Below are positions 21,831-37,691 of a stretch of DNA of 64,000 bases, piece after piece. Made by a program: the position numbers and the translations under genes. Within the stretch, counting starts at the first letter, position 1. Every line of letters begins with the position of its first letter. The notes under the pieces are model-generated. The model had not been told where the DNA came from. It saw nothing but the letters and a program-made list of their open reading frames with translations, and did not search any database. The stretch comes from Schmidtea polychroa (taxonomy: Eukaryota): NCBI GenBank assembly GCA_044892525.1, contig CM097885.1:27406001-27470000 (forward strand), given 5' to 3'.

Positions 21831-24800
21831 GTTGGGAGAAATATCGCATTCGAAAAATCTACCAACTAGAAAATAAAATACTAATAAATAAAATAACCGG
21901 TAATAAATTAATTAATAATATGAAAATGTTTTAAATAAATAAATTTAAAATTGAAACTAAAATATCCAGTAAACTGATATAATGATAAAAACTAAAATAA
22001 AACTAACTAAAATTATTTAAATTATAAAATTTAAAAAACTAAATCGTAAAAATTAATAAAAATTAAAAATATTTGATTAATTAAACTAATTAAATTAAAA
22101 ATAAAGAATTACACACACTCATGCATGCATGCAAAATTAATTCAAATTTTATCGCATTCTTATTGGATCTAGTGCAAGAAAATGCATGCACAGTAAAAAT
22201 TAGTATAAATATTCATTGAAAATTCAGTCAAACAACTAGTTTAACTGGAAATCAACTTATCATTGTGTAAACAATTTTAGGAGCTCTCAGTTTTCGGTTC
22301 ATGTCATTGCGGTAAGTTAAATTGGATTTTGGTAATTTTATGTAAGACATAAATTAATGTAATGGTTTAATAAAACTTTAAATTTAATTTAGTTGAGCTA
22401 TTTTTGTTGTGTTTTGTTGATCGTTTTATTGTTTATTTCGTTTTTTGAATTTTCAGGAATATTTATAATTTATCTGAATGTTATGTAATTCGATGTTATT
22501 AATATTTTTCTGATTTATGTGTTGAGGTCCCAATATTTGAAACACTCAACTTTGCTGGTTCTTATATAAATAAAACCAAGTCTCGTATAAATATTTATTA
22601 ATAATAAAAATTACCTAAAATAAACAATGCAGGTTTCCAAATAAAATCGTGTTATCAATTCAAACAACTATTTCTTTTATTCAATTTCCTTTAAGCTACT
22701 TTAAAATGACTGCAAATGTGTATTTTGTTAATATGCTATGTAATACGTGTTTATGTAAAAATTACTGCATTTTAGAAAATTTGTGAGACAATTCTGTGCT
22801 ATCTTATTTCTCTGGGTTAACCTTCGAAATCGCTATAACGCTAATTTTTGGCAATTGTTCTAAATATTATTGGGGTATATATACTATTCCTTAAGATTAA
22901 CAAACAAATTATTTTAATTTCCGGCCTATACGCACGGAATAATATTATATAAATTTAATATATTTTACCAGATGTTAATATTAATTATATTTTTAATTTA
23001 TTCTACAGCAGATGTTATTTATAATAATTTTTTTTTCAATCACAAATTGCGTGCACTATTAATATTATATATTGTTTTCGATGACGAAATTGATATTTTT
23101 ACTTTGTCTTTTCATAATAAACTATTGTATTTGTATCACTTTTAAATCGAGGAGCTCTAGGGTCGCGAAATATTTTAATGATAACTACATTTGTGATCAA
23201 GATTCTACAGATGCTCGATAAAATTTCTTTTATTCTCTTTAGTGAACCCATCCTTCGAACAGTTCCCCGTGAACGTTGCTCTTGATATGAATTGGCTAGA
23301 CAGGCAGAACATGCCGAATCGCTGGTATGGAAATAATGCCGAATTTAATCAAACTGGTTTCGTCCAGAGTTCGTGTAAAGCTAAACAAGATGGATGATTG
23401 AGGAGGACCAGACGATAATGAGGGCTCTAAATGCCACGATTCCATAGCAACTCCAGCAAATCACACTATTGAGAGTTTACAATCATATGGACGCGGGTTT
23501 TAGAAGGAACCAACATATGCAGACAGGAACTCTTTCATGCAATATGAATACTCCTGTCCATGTCATCAAGTCAATTTGTAGTCAAAAACCCTCAAGAAAG
23601 AAGCCTATGAAAATACAAAGTAAAATTTACTTTTCGATTCAGATCTCTTAAAACTTTCTGTAATAAAAAGTTAGCAAATAACCTTAATATTCGTTTATTT
23701 CGTTTTTGTTTACATATTTATTTTTGTGTGTATAAATTATGTGACAAAACAAATTTGAAAAATTAAATTATTTCTATTATTTTTCAACTTTTATTGAATT
23801 TTACTTGCGGTTTCGGCTCTTTTCTAATTAGTTATTTTTTCTTTTAATTAATTTTAATTTCTTTTTTCAGTGTTGGGCTAGAACTGAATTCTAGACCCAA
23901 AAACTTTAATTTGTGACTAAGGTGCGTGGGTACATAACACACAAATACCAATAAGTTCAGTTAAATATAAAAAATACATCAAATAAACAATATTAATTAA
24001 GAGGAAATAAAATGATATCAATGCAAGAAGTAGTGCAAGAAACTAACTCAAAAATAGCAAAGAAACACAAAATTACAAAAAAAAAACAGACTCGAATAGA
24101 TTAGAAAGATGGTAAAACATTAAAAATTCTAGCAAAATCCCAGAACATTTCATAAGAATGGCGACGACCATCATAAAAGCCACATAGATCAATAAAAGTT
24201 AACAAAAATAAATAAATTAGTTATAAAAATAAAAATTCAAAAAAAAAATTAAGAAAACATCATTAAAATAAAAATTAATTAAAAATTAATATGGAATGTT
24301 CTGGAATCGTTTTAAATCCATCATGGAGGTAACTTTAGCAAAAAATAATTAGAAAATAAAACTTCAAAAATAAAAACAAAAATTATGGCACTAAAATTGC
24401 CATTAAAAATATCAAAAAGAGAAAATAGAAAATTCTAGAATAAAAAGAATTCGGGTTTGTTTTAATGCATCAATACATACACGTGTACTTTCACAAACGA
24501 AAATAGGTATATATACCAACGCATTTTAGTCACAAAACACTCTTTATGCCAAATTCATTTTTGATTTTGTGAACAATACTTGGAGAAACCTTAATAGTAA
24601 AAAGTACTTTATTTACGTTATAGTGTATATTTTATCATTAATGTATTATGAAATCCATATTACAATAGATGGATAGGAGTCCGCTAGATCAGGGGTCCGC
24701 TGGATCACATACCCCCACCCCCCCCTAGGGGAAATTTTTAAAATTCTTTTCAAGGTCAAATTTTTTAATATAAAGCTCATTTTTTTTTATTTGAAATTCG

Positions 24801-25107
24801 AGAGTTCCCGACAAGAGATATTATTATTGGAAAATAAAGGTCTTTTAAACACAGGGGTTATTATTATATATACTCCGAGTTTATCCGACAAAATATTTTA
24901 TCCCCCTATGGGTAATGCTCAAAAGGGTACTGCTCACGCTCAACAACTCACAAGGGTATTATTAAACAAATCAATAAAACATACATCTATTTAAACAATA
25001 AAATAATTTAACAAAGGTTATGTAAATACAAAGTCATTTTATTATTATGATTACTATTTTTATTAATATTACTATTATTACTATTACTATTATTATTATT
25101 ATTATTA

Positions 25108-25163
<56 letters not shown>

Positions 25164-25227
25164 ATTATTATTATTATTATTAATATTATTATTATAATTA
25201 TTATTAATATTATTATTATTATTATTA

Positions 25228-25359
<132 letters not shown>

Positions 25360-25435
25360 GATTTACAAAATTATCATTAGTTTTCGTAAAAATGATAATA
25401 AATTAAGACATTAAAAGATTAAAAGATATATTATA

Positions 25436-28400
25436 TCACAGATCAATTCGATAATAATACGTCATATTAATATCATTGTCATCATTGGCATCATTGAAAT
25501 CTGGACTTCGACCTCCGAATAGTGGACGAATTTCTGAAATTACTTGATCAACATCTAAGGCATCTATTCCTAAATAATGTCCAAATGCGAGACTTGAATT
25601 TTTCCCCACCCATAATCGTTTGTCATCGTTGTTTGACAATGCAATCTTGGTATTTTTAAACGTAAGAAGCTGGTGGTTACGCGTCCCTATTCTAGTTTGT
25701 GGCACCGTATATACTACGCTGTTGTTGTAGCAGTCTAAATAAGACTGGTGCCCTATCTCAGTATTACCAAGCTGAACTCACTTAGCCCTAAGTGTTGCCT
25801 TATCCCCTAACAAACTATAACACTTGGGTCTTAAGAAAACCCACTCCTTATAACCAAGCCCTTTACTTTCGTCCTTAAATTTTCCTATCACAGAATCCAA
25901 ACTCTTTGAATACAAAGGATGAGCAGGATCATAATTGCTAGTATCTAAAAGATTATCACGAATCATTGCCGGCAAAAGAGTGTCAAGCTTACAGTGCTTT
26001 ATCTCTAAGAAAAAGGAGTCAGTGTCACCGGCAACGATACTTGTATCACAGTTAAACTCTAAACGATATTTAGACAATTCTATATACTGTAACTGGTACA
26101 TCCTCAGTTTAGACAAATTTAACACTGTTTGACCAATATAGCTAGGTCTGTCTAAACATATATATTCTTTATCCAGATGAGCCGCAATCAGATCATCAGC
26201 AATTTTGATAGATTTTCTGAAAGTAGGTTTTGATGCATATACAATCATCTTTTCAGCTGAATTGCATAGCCTCAAATTCATCCGCTTTTTCAGATTCTCC
26301 ACCGATTTCCCATACAGACTATTATTAAATAATTTATATAAATCCCTATATAATTCACATGTAGAATTGGCTCGTAAATTAGTGTTTTTGTCTATGTACG
26401 ATTTAAAAATGGGTGCATGCTTAAATTTAATTGCCCTATGTACATTTTTAATAATAGCCCCCAATTCTATATACAACTTGAGAAGTCGCCAATGAAGAAC
26501 ATGGTTCTTCTTCGGCCAATGCGTGAGCATCAGCTTCTCAACTTTCGAATCTGGCGGGTACATCTTTTCCGGAGCAATCGGAAAATCATTCATAAAATCA
26601 TGCAAACACTGAGGGATATCAATATCCACTTCCATAGTATACCCATATGGAAGATTTTCAATATCCTCATTCATACATTCATTCAAGACAGAATCAAGAT
26701 CATCATACACCCATTCAAAGTCAGCATAAGGCAGATTTTGGCTTAAGGCCCATCCATACAAGTTGTTAATATCTATGTACAAGAGTTCTGTGTCTTCAGA
26801 ACTAGCAACATAATGTTTGTTAACAAATGTTAACCCACCCCGTATCCCTCCTTCATAGAAATTAAACATTTCCATGTCCTGCAGAAGTTCAATGGGTTCC
26901 GTTAATGTCATAAGCGCTGAGGCCCATGACATACCGGGAATGCCATAGAAATTAAGAGGCTCAAGACCATTGTAAGCAATGGCCTTTGCAGGGAATGGTG
27001 TAAAATAGTCTGCGAGGAGAAATACATCTAATTTGAGGTAAGTTAATATGTAATCTAACATGTTGTTGCAATTTTGCTGAGTCCAAATAACTTGGGCTAA
27101 TGCATACTCATCATTAGACACAGAATCCCAGATAGGAGGTAGTTCAAGAGTCGATTCCAGAACCTCAAGCGATGTAGCAAAGTCATAAGGAAAGATACCT
27201 TTGGCTCGAACAATTGCATCATCAAAAACAGAAGAAGTTAAAGGCAGATCGGAAAGAGTCTTAACCGCTTTTGCTAAAGATGAATTAACAAACTGCATGC
27301 TGTCAATAAAACGAACAGGCAATTTGTTAATATTCGCGATGAGGGAGATGAATTTCTCGGTAGTAGTCGGAATAATATTTAATTCCCAAAAAGGAAAATT
27401 ATTCAAACCATACTTCAAAATATGATGGAGATCATAACCCCTCAAATTATGAAAGACAACTGGTAACTGTCTCTGAATTCGCCGAGAAACATTACATTTC
27501 CTACAAGCAGCACCAAGATACTTGCCTGAGAAGTGGCAATGGTCCCTAACTCTATCTTTAATGAATTTTTTTACATAGATAACAGGTTCTGGATTCTCGA
27601 AAGACACGTTCTTCAGTGAAAGACAAGGTTTGCATGGGCTTTTTCCCATTAATTTCGTAATATGGCAGGACAATTGTGACAGCAATTTCCTCTACCTTAC
27701 GCAAGAAAGACAACACACAATCATCACCAACAAACTCATAATAAAATCTGGTATTATTATAATTATTAATTAATAACATGCCTGCTGTTATTGGCATATG
27801 TTTTTGGTGGTGGGTGATGTCTTCAGGTAAGATTGCCTCAAAATCGACATATATCACGAATGGCGGGGTGATTGTCTTGGAGTAATCTTTAAAAATTAAA
27901 TTTTTATCTTTAGGGAGCGTGTACAAAGTAGTACCTATCTGGTTCTTACTGCATAGTGCAACATGTGCGTTAAATGCTTTTTCATGTCGAAAACCATTGA
28001 GACAATGAAGACACCAGTTCACTCTAATTTTAACACTGCATTCACTGTTTGGGTGTGAGTTCATTAATTTTTGTAAGTTAAAAACTGCGGTATAATGGAA
28101 ATTATCACCGTCTTCCAATAAAAGTAAGTATATGGGTTCACCACCTATAACCTTAGATCGGTGAATAATATATAATTGAGGATGATGTGGAATATAATTA
28201 TCGTCAATTACATTTTCAGAAGGCTTAGCTGGGTTCTTTTTATAAATTAAAACATTTATTGATAAATTTAAATCACTATTTTTCCTTTCAAATTTAGGGA
28301 TATCACATAATTTCATTGGACAATCAGAAATGGGGTCAAAATTTAACTCGTCAAGATAATTTTCATAGGAACTAACTCTATTTCTATTTATATGTACTAC

Positions 28401-29195
28401 ATTACGTTTTAAAAGGGCTAAAATACTATATATAAAGCACATATCGTCAGTGTTTTTGACGTTTACTATTGCTTTTTTAGAATTTAAAGCCGCTGGGGTG
28501 GGGATATAACCATGTCCAGCTAACCTATTCATATGGGTTAATTTTGTTAATATAAAATCTATCTCTTTGATTTTAACCACTCGCCATCCGCTACCCAAAT
28601 ATGTGAATTTTTCTATTTTTTCATTTAACTTAGTGATACTCTCTACTAGAAAATTATCTGAAAAAATCTCTGCATTATTAGAGAAAAAATTATCTCTAAT
28701 TTCCCCATCTTTTTCGAATTGGATTAAAACGGTGAATTGTATTTTAACTGTGCTCATACCGTTTATTTCGGTAATTAATTTATTTGTCATCTTATTTGTA
28801 ATGAAAACTTGTACCAAGTTATCTTTTTCCATATTAAATCGTAAATTCTTTCTAGACCCTTTAAAATCTATCTCAATTTCAGGTTCATCGTCAATATCGA
28901 TCGAACCACCTATTTGATTATATATTGAATCACCAGTTGTATTAATTTTAACAATTTTAGAGGGAACACCAGACCCAAAACTAACAGCAGGCTGTTTATT
29001 ATTATTTAGAATATTATTTATTTTAGTATTTAGATTCGTATTTAGATTAGTATTATTTACATTATTATTTACATGTTTTGTATTATAATTATTATTTATA
29101 GGTTTTGTATTTATATGTTTTGTGGTATTATGTGTTGATTGTTGTATTTTAATAAACAATTTCTTTTTATTTAAAGAGAACCGATTTAAATGTGA
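25436..29195 (-). pseudogene. pPolB: Protein-primed DNA polymerase B, left-arm copy (5'-truncated)
   Basis: YVDFEA (ExoI), FHNLRGYD, YLKLDV, YIDINNLYG (motif A), KLFNNSLYGK (B), GDTDS (C). Frameshift near 27570 and nonsense at 25778. Confidence 0.95.
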
Positions 29196-29269
29196 GTAGG
29201 TAGTTAGTGGCCTGCTGCAGCAACCCCCCCTCCCCCTGCTGCACGATTTTTTTGCTGCAACTTTTGATT

Positions 29270-30130
29270 ACGCAATTGTTCCACACTATAGTGAGGGGGT
29301 CTCGATGGTCCTGGGATTTTCAATACAAAAAAATTTTTTTCAATACAAAAACGATGGTCCTGGGATTTTCAATTCAAATAAAATTTTTTCAATACAAAAA
29401 TCCGACTACCACTAAAAAAGCATGGAATTTTCACACTATAGCGAGGGGGTCTCGATGGTCCTGGGATTTTCAATACAAATAAAATGTTTTCAATACAAAA
29501 ATCCGACTACCACTAAAAAAGCCAAGGATTTATGAGACTATAGTGAGGGGTCTCGATGGTCCTGAGAAAAAGGTGGTCTACACTAAAAACGTGGTAAATG
29601 TTTTCAATTAAAGTAAATAATGGTTCTAAAAATTTAAATTACAGTAAATAATGGTCCTAAAAAATTGAATTACAGTAATTAATGGTCCTAAAAAATTAAA
29701 TTACAGTAAATAATGGTCCTAAAAAATTAAATTACAGTAAATTATGGGTCTAAAAATTGAATTACATTAAATAATGGTTCAAATTTTTCAAATAAGGTAA
29801 TTATGGGTCTAAAAATTGAATTAAAGTAAATAATGGTCCAAATTTTTGAAATACATTAAATAATGGGTAAAAATTTTCAATTAAAGTAAATTATGGTTCA
29901 AATTTTTCAATTAAAGTAAATTATGGTCCTTAAAAATTAAATTAAAGTAAATTATGGTCTAAATAAGTAAATTATGGTCCAAATTTTTAAATTAAAGTAA
30001 ATTATGGGTCTGAAAATTGGATTACAGTAAATAATGGTCCAAATTTTAAAATTAAGTAATCAATGGTAAAAAATTTAAATAAGTAAATTAAAGTAATAAT
30101 TTTTAAATAAGTAAATTAAAGTAATAATTT
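29270..30130. repeat. TIR-like tandem repeat block (GGGGTCTCGATGGTCCTG units, then ~30-bp AAATTACAGTAAATAATGGTCC units)
   Basis: Directly visible tandem arrays starting just after AGTAGGTAGTTAG at 29195. Confidence 0.8.
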
Positions 30131-32570
30131 TTAAATAAGTAATGCAATAAGTAAATTAAAGTAAGATTTTTAAATTTATTAACAAAAAATAGAAGGTGTT
30201 TGAGAATTGAAATTTTTTAATGAAAATTTTTATGAAATAATTTTTTAAGTAATTTTTAATAGAAATTTTTATGGAATAATTTTTAGGATAACTTTTTAAG
30301 TAATTTTTAATAGAAATTTTTATGGAATAACTTTTAGGATAATTTTTAATGAAAATTTTTATGAAATATTTTTTAAGTTAATTTTTAATGGAAATTTTAA
30401 TGGAATAATAATAATAATAATAATAATTCAACAGTTACCAACAATCGGTTACTAAATATTTTTAACTAGGTGCTAACAAATACTTACAACATGATACCAC
30501 GTACTAACTAACTCTCAAACAACCAAGTAAAAACAACTAACTACTTACACTCAACTAAATATTCTTTATTGTATTTTATGAATTATATTTTTTTAAATTA
30601 ATTTTTTATCTGTCTTCAAAAATATGTCTAATTACAATTAGTAGAAAAACCTTTTCAAATTTAACAAAAATGTTGATTTTCATCAAAAAAAAAGAATAAT
30701 TGTCAACTCATCACTACGTGGAATTGATGATAATTTAAATGACAATGAAAGACTAATGAATTCTAATTTACAAAACATTCTTCTTTTAAATGATAACTAC
30801 TGACTTATTATTGCAATGTAAAATCGCATTCAATAAATACTTATTGTTGATCAGTTTTATTATATATACTCTGAGTTTATCCGACAGGATGTTTTGACCC
30901 CCTAAGGGTACAGGTCGTAAGGGTACAGGTCGTAAGGGTACTGGTCGTAAGGGTACTGGTCGTAAGGGTATTAGTCGTAAGGGTACTGGTCTTAAAGGTA
31001 CTAGTCGTAGGGGTATTGGTAACACTCAACCACAACCTACCCATTAACTAGCTACTAAGTACTAACCACTAGGTTTCAAACAACAACTGACAGTCACATT
31101 CTAACAATATGATACCAACTACTAACAACCAACAACAACCAGGTACTAAGCATTATCAACCTACAACTATATAACAACAATCAGTAAACAACACTGTACC
31201 AACTACCAAATATAAGATACCAACAATATAGTATCATCAACCAGTAACTTACGAAGATGTAATAACAACCAACAACTATGTATTAACAAATAGATCTTTA
31301 AAAGAAAATACTCTTCACTTGCAATATTGATCACACTCAATCCCACCTACTCATTAATTAACTACCATGTACTAACCACTAGGTTTCAAACAACAACTGA
31401 CTACCAAGTACTTACAACCAGCATCAAAACCCATCGAGAAATTAACAAATATCAACCTACAACTATATAACAACAATCAGTAAACAACACTGTACCAACT
31501 ACCAAATACAAGATACCAACAACTTAGTACCAACAATCAACTAACAACACATAAAAATAATAGCAATTAAATACAAAATACTCTTCATCACATACACTAT
31601 CTTCTTATCAAAATCTAAAAAGTCAACCAACTACTAACAACCAACAACTATGTATTAACAAATTGATCTTTAAAAGAAAATACTTATCACTTGAAAAATT
31701 GGATGGAAAATTAATTGAACTCAAGGCACTTTTAAGATTTACCAATAACTAGTTAAAAATTGATTAAATAATTATAAAAACTTAAATTATTCAAAATAAA
31801 TATCATAAAAATTTAATTAATGGACAAGAAAAAATTCTAATCATTAAAACTTAAGGTGATGATACCTCAAATGTTGAATATGCCCCAAATATTAATGTTG
31901 TTTCTGATGAATATGCCCTCACGTCTATTGAGGAGGAAATTAATCATGCCTCCGTTTCTTATGGGGATGAATCTGAGGATGATTCCGATATAGAATCAAA
32001 ATGTTAGTTATATTTTATTATTATTTTTAAAATTAATTTAAAATTGTGTTTGATAATTAATTTTGTTTAATAACCACGTATAAATTATGAAAATGTTTCT
32101 GGAAATAATTATGAAAATGCTGAAAATTATGAAAATGTTTAAAATGATGAAAATGTTCCTGAAATTATTATGAAAATGTTGAAAATTATGAAAAACATGA
32201 AAATTTTTCTGAAAATAATTATGAAAATGTTGAAAATATTGAAAATGATGATAACCACATATAAATTATGAAAATGTATTTGAAAATAATTATGAAAAAT
32301 CTGAAAATTATGAAGATGTTCCTGAAATTATAATGAAAATGTTTGAAATTATGAAAAATATGAAAATGTTTCTGAAAATAATTATGAAAAATCTGAAAAT
32401 TATGATAAATATGAATGTGTTCCTGAAAATGATGTTGAAATTAATAAGTTGTTATGAAAATAATAATTGAATAGAAATAATACTTTAAATATATAAATTG
32501 TCAAACATAGTTTGCATTGAGCATGGAACTACTCTCTCTAATAATAATATTTAAAAAAAAGTAATATTAA

Positions 32571-32612
<42 letters not shown>

Positions 32613-33315
32613 TGATAATAATATTTATGATTTCATACCTCTCATATTTTATACCTCTGATAATAATAATATTACAATAAATTATATATGTATTCCGATT
32701 ATTATCCCATTTTATAATTATTATGCGATAAAAACGGCCTAAGAATTATTATTAAAGACATTAAATATAAATGCAATTAACTATTAATATTTAAATCTAT
32801 TAATATATTTGAAATATATTTATAATTTATCAGGTAAATTATACCCCGCTACTGCATGTCATCAAATGATCATACAAATATATGCCATAAAAATATGAAA
32901 AACTACTACGGTCATAGATTCTATGGCATCAACTACTTTATATGTCCAATATGCGAGACTTCCCAAAGCATTAAATATATAGAGTTTTATAATATTCACT
33001 GTGAGGAGTTAAAATTAAAATACTAAATTAAATTAGTTCATGATTAAAATTTGTAAAATTTTAATTGAAACTTAAATTATTTTAAGATATTAAAATTGAA
33101 ATGATAATTGAAATTTTAAAATAAAATAATCTTTAATAAAATTGAAATTCAAGTATGAATGCGATGGTATGTTGATATTTGGTTGAAATTAAAATTTAGA
33201 AAATGTCCCAAGAATATTTGTTTATATAATCAGATTTAATGAAATATAATTTTGGATTTAATAGTCTTAGTAATTTATTTTGATGACAGAAGAATTAAAT
33301 GTTATAGCTTCTAAC

Positions 33316-34401
33316 ATGGCGACCATTCCAACGGATCTGCTTATTGGAAGATTACTTCCAGAAAAATTCCACAGAGGAGATGACCTCGAATTATTTATCA
33401 AAGAATGTCAGAGGTTCTTTGAAATAACGAAGACACCAGTGAAGACCCAAATGGTACTAGTTATTACACTTCTGGACAGGACTTTGATTGAAGAATATGA
33501 AACCGCAGAAGGTAAAACCGTTGAACAGAAATTAAGAGCAGCTTTTCATCGACCAACGTCATTGATTGATGACTTAAGAGAAGCCTTGAACTACGAGCAA
33601 GGTAACGAATCAGCGGAAATATTTATAGAGAAAATATAAAAAATGACTAAAAAATTGGCCTCACACACTTGGAATGAGGAAGAAATTCAGAAATGTTTGT
33701 TGACACATTGTGTAAAAGATAAAGAAGTCAGGAAAGAAATCGAAATGGAAGATCTCAAAACGGCGGAACAAATTAAAGAAACTATAAAGAAGATAGAAAA
33801 AGTTAACAAGGTTATTGAACAAGTAAACACGGTGAGATCAATACGACCTACAACTGGGGGAAGAACTTATAGAGATGTAGTACAAGTTGGAGACACGAAG
33901 AGAAAAATCAACGAATGGAAACCAGAGACAAGAATTAAAGTGATAGAATGCTGGACGTGTCAAAAACCGGGACACAGTAGCAGAGAATGTAATATAAAAA
34001 GAAGATTTCAATGTTATGCATGTGGTGTTGAAGGTCACATACGAAGAGAATGCCCAACAATCAAATGTCATAGATGCAATGCACGAGGACACAAAGAAAG
34101 AGAGTGCTACACAAATATGGAAAGACGAAATCAAGGAAGAGATCGAGACCAAAGGAAGATGTCAGGAGGAAGAATTCAAAGAAATACCTATCAACAAAGG
34201 GAAGATATGTATCAATCAAGGAACGTACATCAAAGACAATGGGGAAACCAACAATATAACAGAAAAGATATTGCAGCTATCGAGTCTGATGATGAGATGA
34301 TGAATACAAAACAGTCAAGCCAGCCAGACGAGTATAACAGGGAGAATGACCCAAACGAGCACGCTCCGTCAGACGGGACATTGATCGGAGCAATTTACTA
34401 A
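33316..34401 (+). pseudogene. gag: Gag with three CCHC zinc knuckles (stop at 33637-33639)
   Basis: CWTCQKPGHSSREC, CYACGVEGHIRREC, CHRCNARGHKEREC; ORFs 33280 and 33643 are in the same frame. Confidence 0.9.
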
Positions 34402-34424
34402 GTAATATTGATTTCAACCAAAGA

Positions 34425-37400
34425 ATGAATGCTAACGGTATGTGTAATTTAAGTATGTATGATGATTGTATGATTGATAAAGATTGTAGTGTTTTTGAAC
34501 GTGATATTAATAATAATAGTAGTGTAGAAATCAAAAAGTCGAATGATAAGGAAATTCAGAAAAAATTTAAAGAGGAGTGTAAAGTAAATGAATTAGTAAA
34601 ACACGAGGAAAGAACTATAGAGAAAATTTACAAATTCCTCAAGAAAAATGGAGACGTGTGTATTAATGAAATTGTAGAAGATACTAGAGAGCAGAATATT
34701 TTGTCAGTAGAAGAACAAAAAGGTCCGGTGATAACATATAATATAATGCAAGGTAGACCGAGTACAACACTGGATATCCAAGGGCGGAAAGTAGATTGTT
34801 TATTGGATACAGGAGCGCGAATTAATGTGATGGCTAAATCTGTAATTGATCGATTAGAAAATATCGAAATATTAGAAACAAGGGAATCGCTAAGATGTGC
34901 AAACAACAGTAGATTAGAAACTATGGGTAAAATAAACATCAATGTTAAAATGGGCAGTTATTGAAAGAAATGTAACATTCATTATAGTAAAGAATTTAAT
35001 ACCAGAAATTATTGGAGGAGTAGAACTACAAAGGTTATTTGGTATAGAATTGAAATGTATACTAGAAGAACATGAAAAACGTAGTGATTTCATTTGCGAA
35101 ATAGAAGCTAGATTTGGGCGGATTATAACAGATGAAGAAAGATTACGTCATGCCATCGACGTTTTAAAGGTTACCGGAAATAAGAGACTGTTAGAAATAT
35201 TTCAGGCAAACAAGAATGTTTTTATGGCAGATAAATGGGACATTGGGTGTACCAATCTGATAAAACATAAGATCATCACGAAAGGAGAGCCAATAATGAT
35301 TAAACCGAGACGTCAGCCAATAAATTTGGAAGACAAGATTGAGGAAGCAATAAAAAATCTAGAAAACAACGGAATAATTAGGAAGTGTAATTCACCGTGG
35401 AACACACCTTTAGTTTGTGTATGGAAGAAAGAGATAAAAGACATCAGGCTTTGTCTAGACTTCAGACAATTAAACAAGATAACAGAAAGACAAGCATTTC
35501 CAATGCCAAATGTAGATGAAATTTTAGACATCCTACACGGATCCAGATATTTTAGCTCAATCGACTTGGGAAATGCTTATTACCAAGTGAAGTTAGATAA
35601 AGAATCTCAAGAGAAAACAGCATTCTCAACAAAAGAAGGACAGTTCTGTTTTAACAGGATGCCGTTCGGTATTGTAGCGGCACCAGGAACATTTCAAGAA
35701 TTAATGACGAAAGTATTGAAAGATTTGTGGAAAGATGGAGTGATGGTATATTTAGACGACATCCTAATATTCACAAAGACAGAAGAAGACCATTATAACA
35801 TATTTGAAAAAGTCCTAGGGAAGATCGCAACAGCAGGACTAAGATTGAACCCCGAAAAATGTCAAATATTTAGAAAAGAAGTGAAGTTTCTGGGAAACAT
35901 AATAAATAAAGATGGCATACAAACAGATAATACTAAGATAGAAGCAATACAATCATTTCAAAAGCCAAAATGTGTAAAGAATCTGAGGAGCTTTTTGGGT
36001 ATCTGTAACTATTATCGATGGTTCATAAAAGACTATGCAAAGAAGGCAAGAGCACTAGAAAGCATATGCGGAAAAAACAATGAGAAAATAAGATGGACAG
36101 AGATGTGTGAAAAGGCTTTCGGGGAAATGAAAGAAGCATTGATAACCGCCCCAGTATTGGTATTTCCAGATTTCAGAAAAGAATTTATATTAGACACAGA
36201 CGCGAGCTTCGATACTATTGGAGCAGTTCTTTTGCAAAAGGATGAAAAAGGACATGAACATGTCATTGCATATGGTTCGCATGCGATGAGCAGCCACGAA
36301 AAAGGATACTGCATTACCAGAAAAGAATTATTGGCAATATACTATTTTTGTAAACATTTCAACCATTACTTATATGGTAAGAGATTCGTACTGAGAACGG
36401 ACCATAAAGCTATTACGTTTATGGTAACAACGAAGAAACCAATAACTGCTCAATTCCAGACATGGATCAACTATTTAAGCAGCCTGGATATTAAAATGGA
36501 ATACAGGAAAGGAACAAGCCATACAAACGCGGATATGCTATCCAGGAAAACATGCGGAACAAGTGTACAGTGTATGATGGAATACGAAGACCCAAAAACC
36601 GGCAAAATTAAAACCAGAATATTAACAGTAACAGCAGAAGGCGGATATAACAAGTGGCAAAATGACAATATGGAGGTCCAAGAAATAAAGAATAAGTTAG
36701 AAAATAAAGATTGTAAGTTCATAATGGAAAACAACACGGTACTAACTAAGCAAGGTAAAATATGGATACCGTCAGATAATAGACAGAGGATGATAAAAGA
36801 AGTACACGTATTGCTGTGCCATGCAGGTGCACAGAAAGTAACGAAATATATCCAGAATAACTGCGACATGGAAAATTTAGCAACGGAAGTAAAAAAGGTA
36901 ATTGAGAACTGCGAAAGATGTCAGAAAATGAAAACGATAACAACCAAGACAAAGGAGGAAACTCAAAGAATAAAGAGTACAGAACCATTCGAGAAGATAT
37001 ATATGGATATATGTGGGCCATTGAAAGAAACGTTCAACAAAAAGAAATATATTTGCGGAATCATTGACCACTATAGTAAATACATCTCATTAACGGCCAT
37101 AAACAAGCAAGACGAAAAATCAATTAGTGAGACGTTATTAAATAAATGGATATTAAAGTTTGGAGCTCCAAAAGAACTTCATGTAGATTGTGGGAAGAAC
37201 TTTGAAGCAAGAAGTATAAAAGAACTAGCAAAGGCAGCTGGCATTGAATTAATTTTCTCAAGCCCATATCACCATAACACGAATGGTATTATTGAAAGAC
37301 AATTCAGAACAATCAGAGAGTATATTAACGCGTCATTGAATGAAGGAGGAAGGAAAAACTGGGTTGATATAGTGCCAGAAATAGAATGAAATGGTACTCG

Positions 37401-37691
37401 AATAAAGAAATAAATAGAGAAGATATGGAAAAGAGAATAGAGGATAAAACACTAAAACCAAAAATAAGCAAAACAGTGAGAGATTTTGAAATGGAAGATT
37501 TGGTTTTGATCAAACAAGAAATTCGAAATAAAGACGATGCAAGGTGGGAAGGGCCGTACAAAGTGATAAAGAAAATACATGAACGGAGCTACTTACTTAA
37601 AGATCAAAATGGGAAGATGGTAGTCAGAAATGTTGAGAAGATCAAACATTTTAAAAAAGGGGGATGTGAGGAGTTAAAATTAAAATACTAA
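34425..37691 (+). pseudogene. pol: Pol (PR-RT-RH-IN), frameshifted near 34960 and disrupted near 37385
   Basis: LLDTGA; YLDD; DTDAS RNase H; H..GA..C..C and DDE integrase; WEGPY. Confidence 0.95.

Noticed and set aside
23200..23651. Higher-GC patch and 60-aa ORF
   Set aside because: No recognisable motif in any frame; probably a decayed repeat.
25935..28917. Antisense ORFs over pPolB, pol and transposase genes (e.g. 26205, 28567, 36471, 49516, 54229, 57338)
   Set aside because: Shadow ORFs opposite well-supported coding frames.
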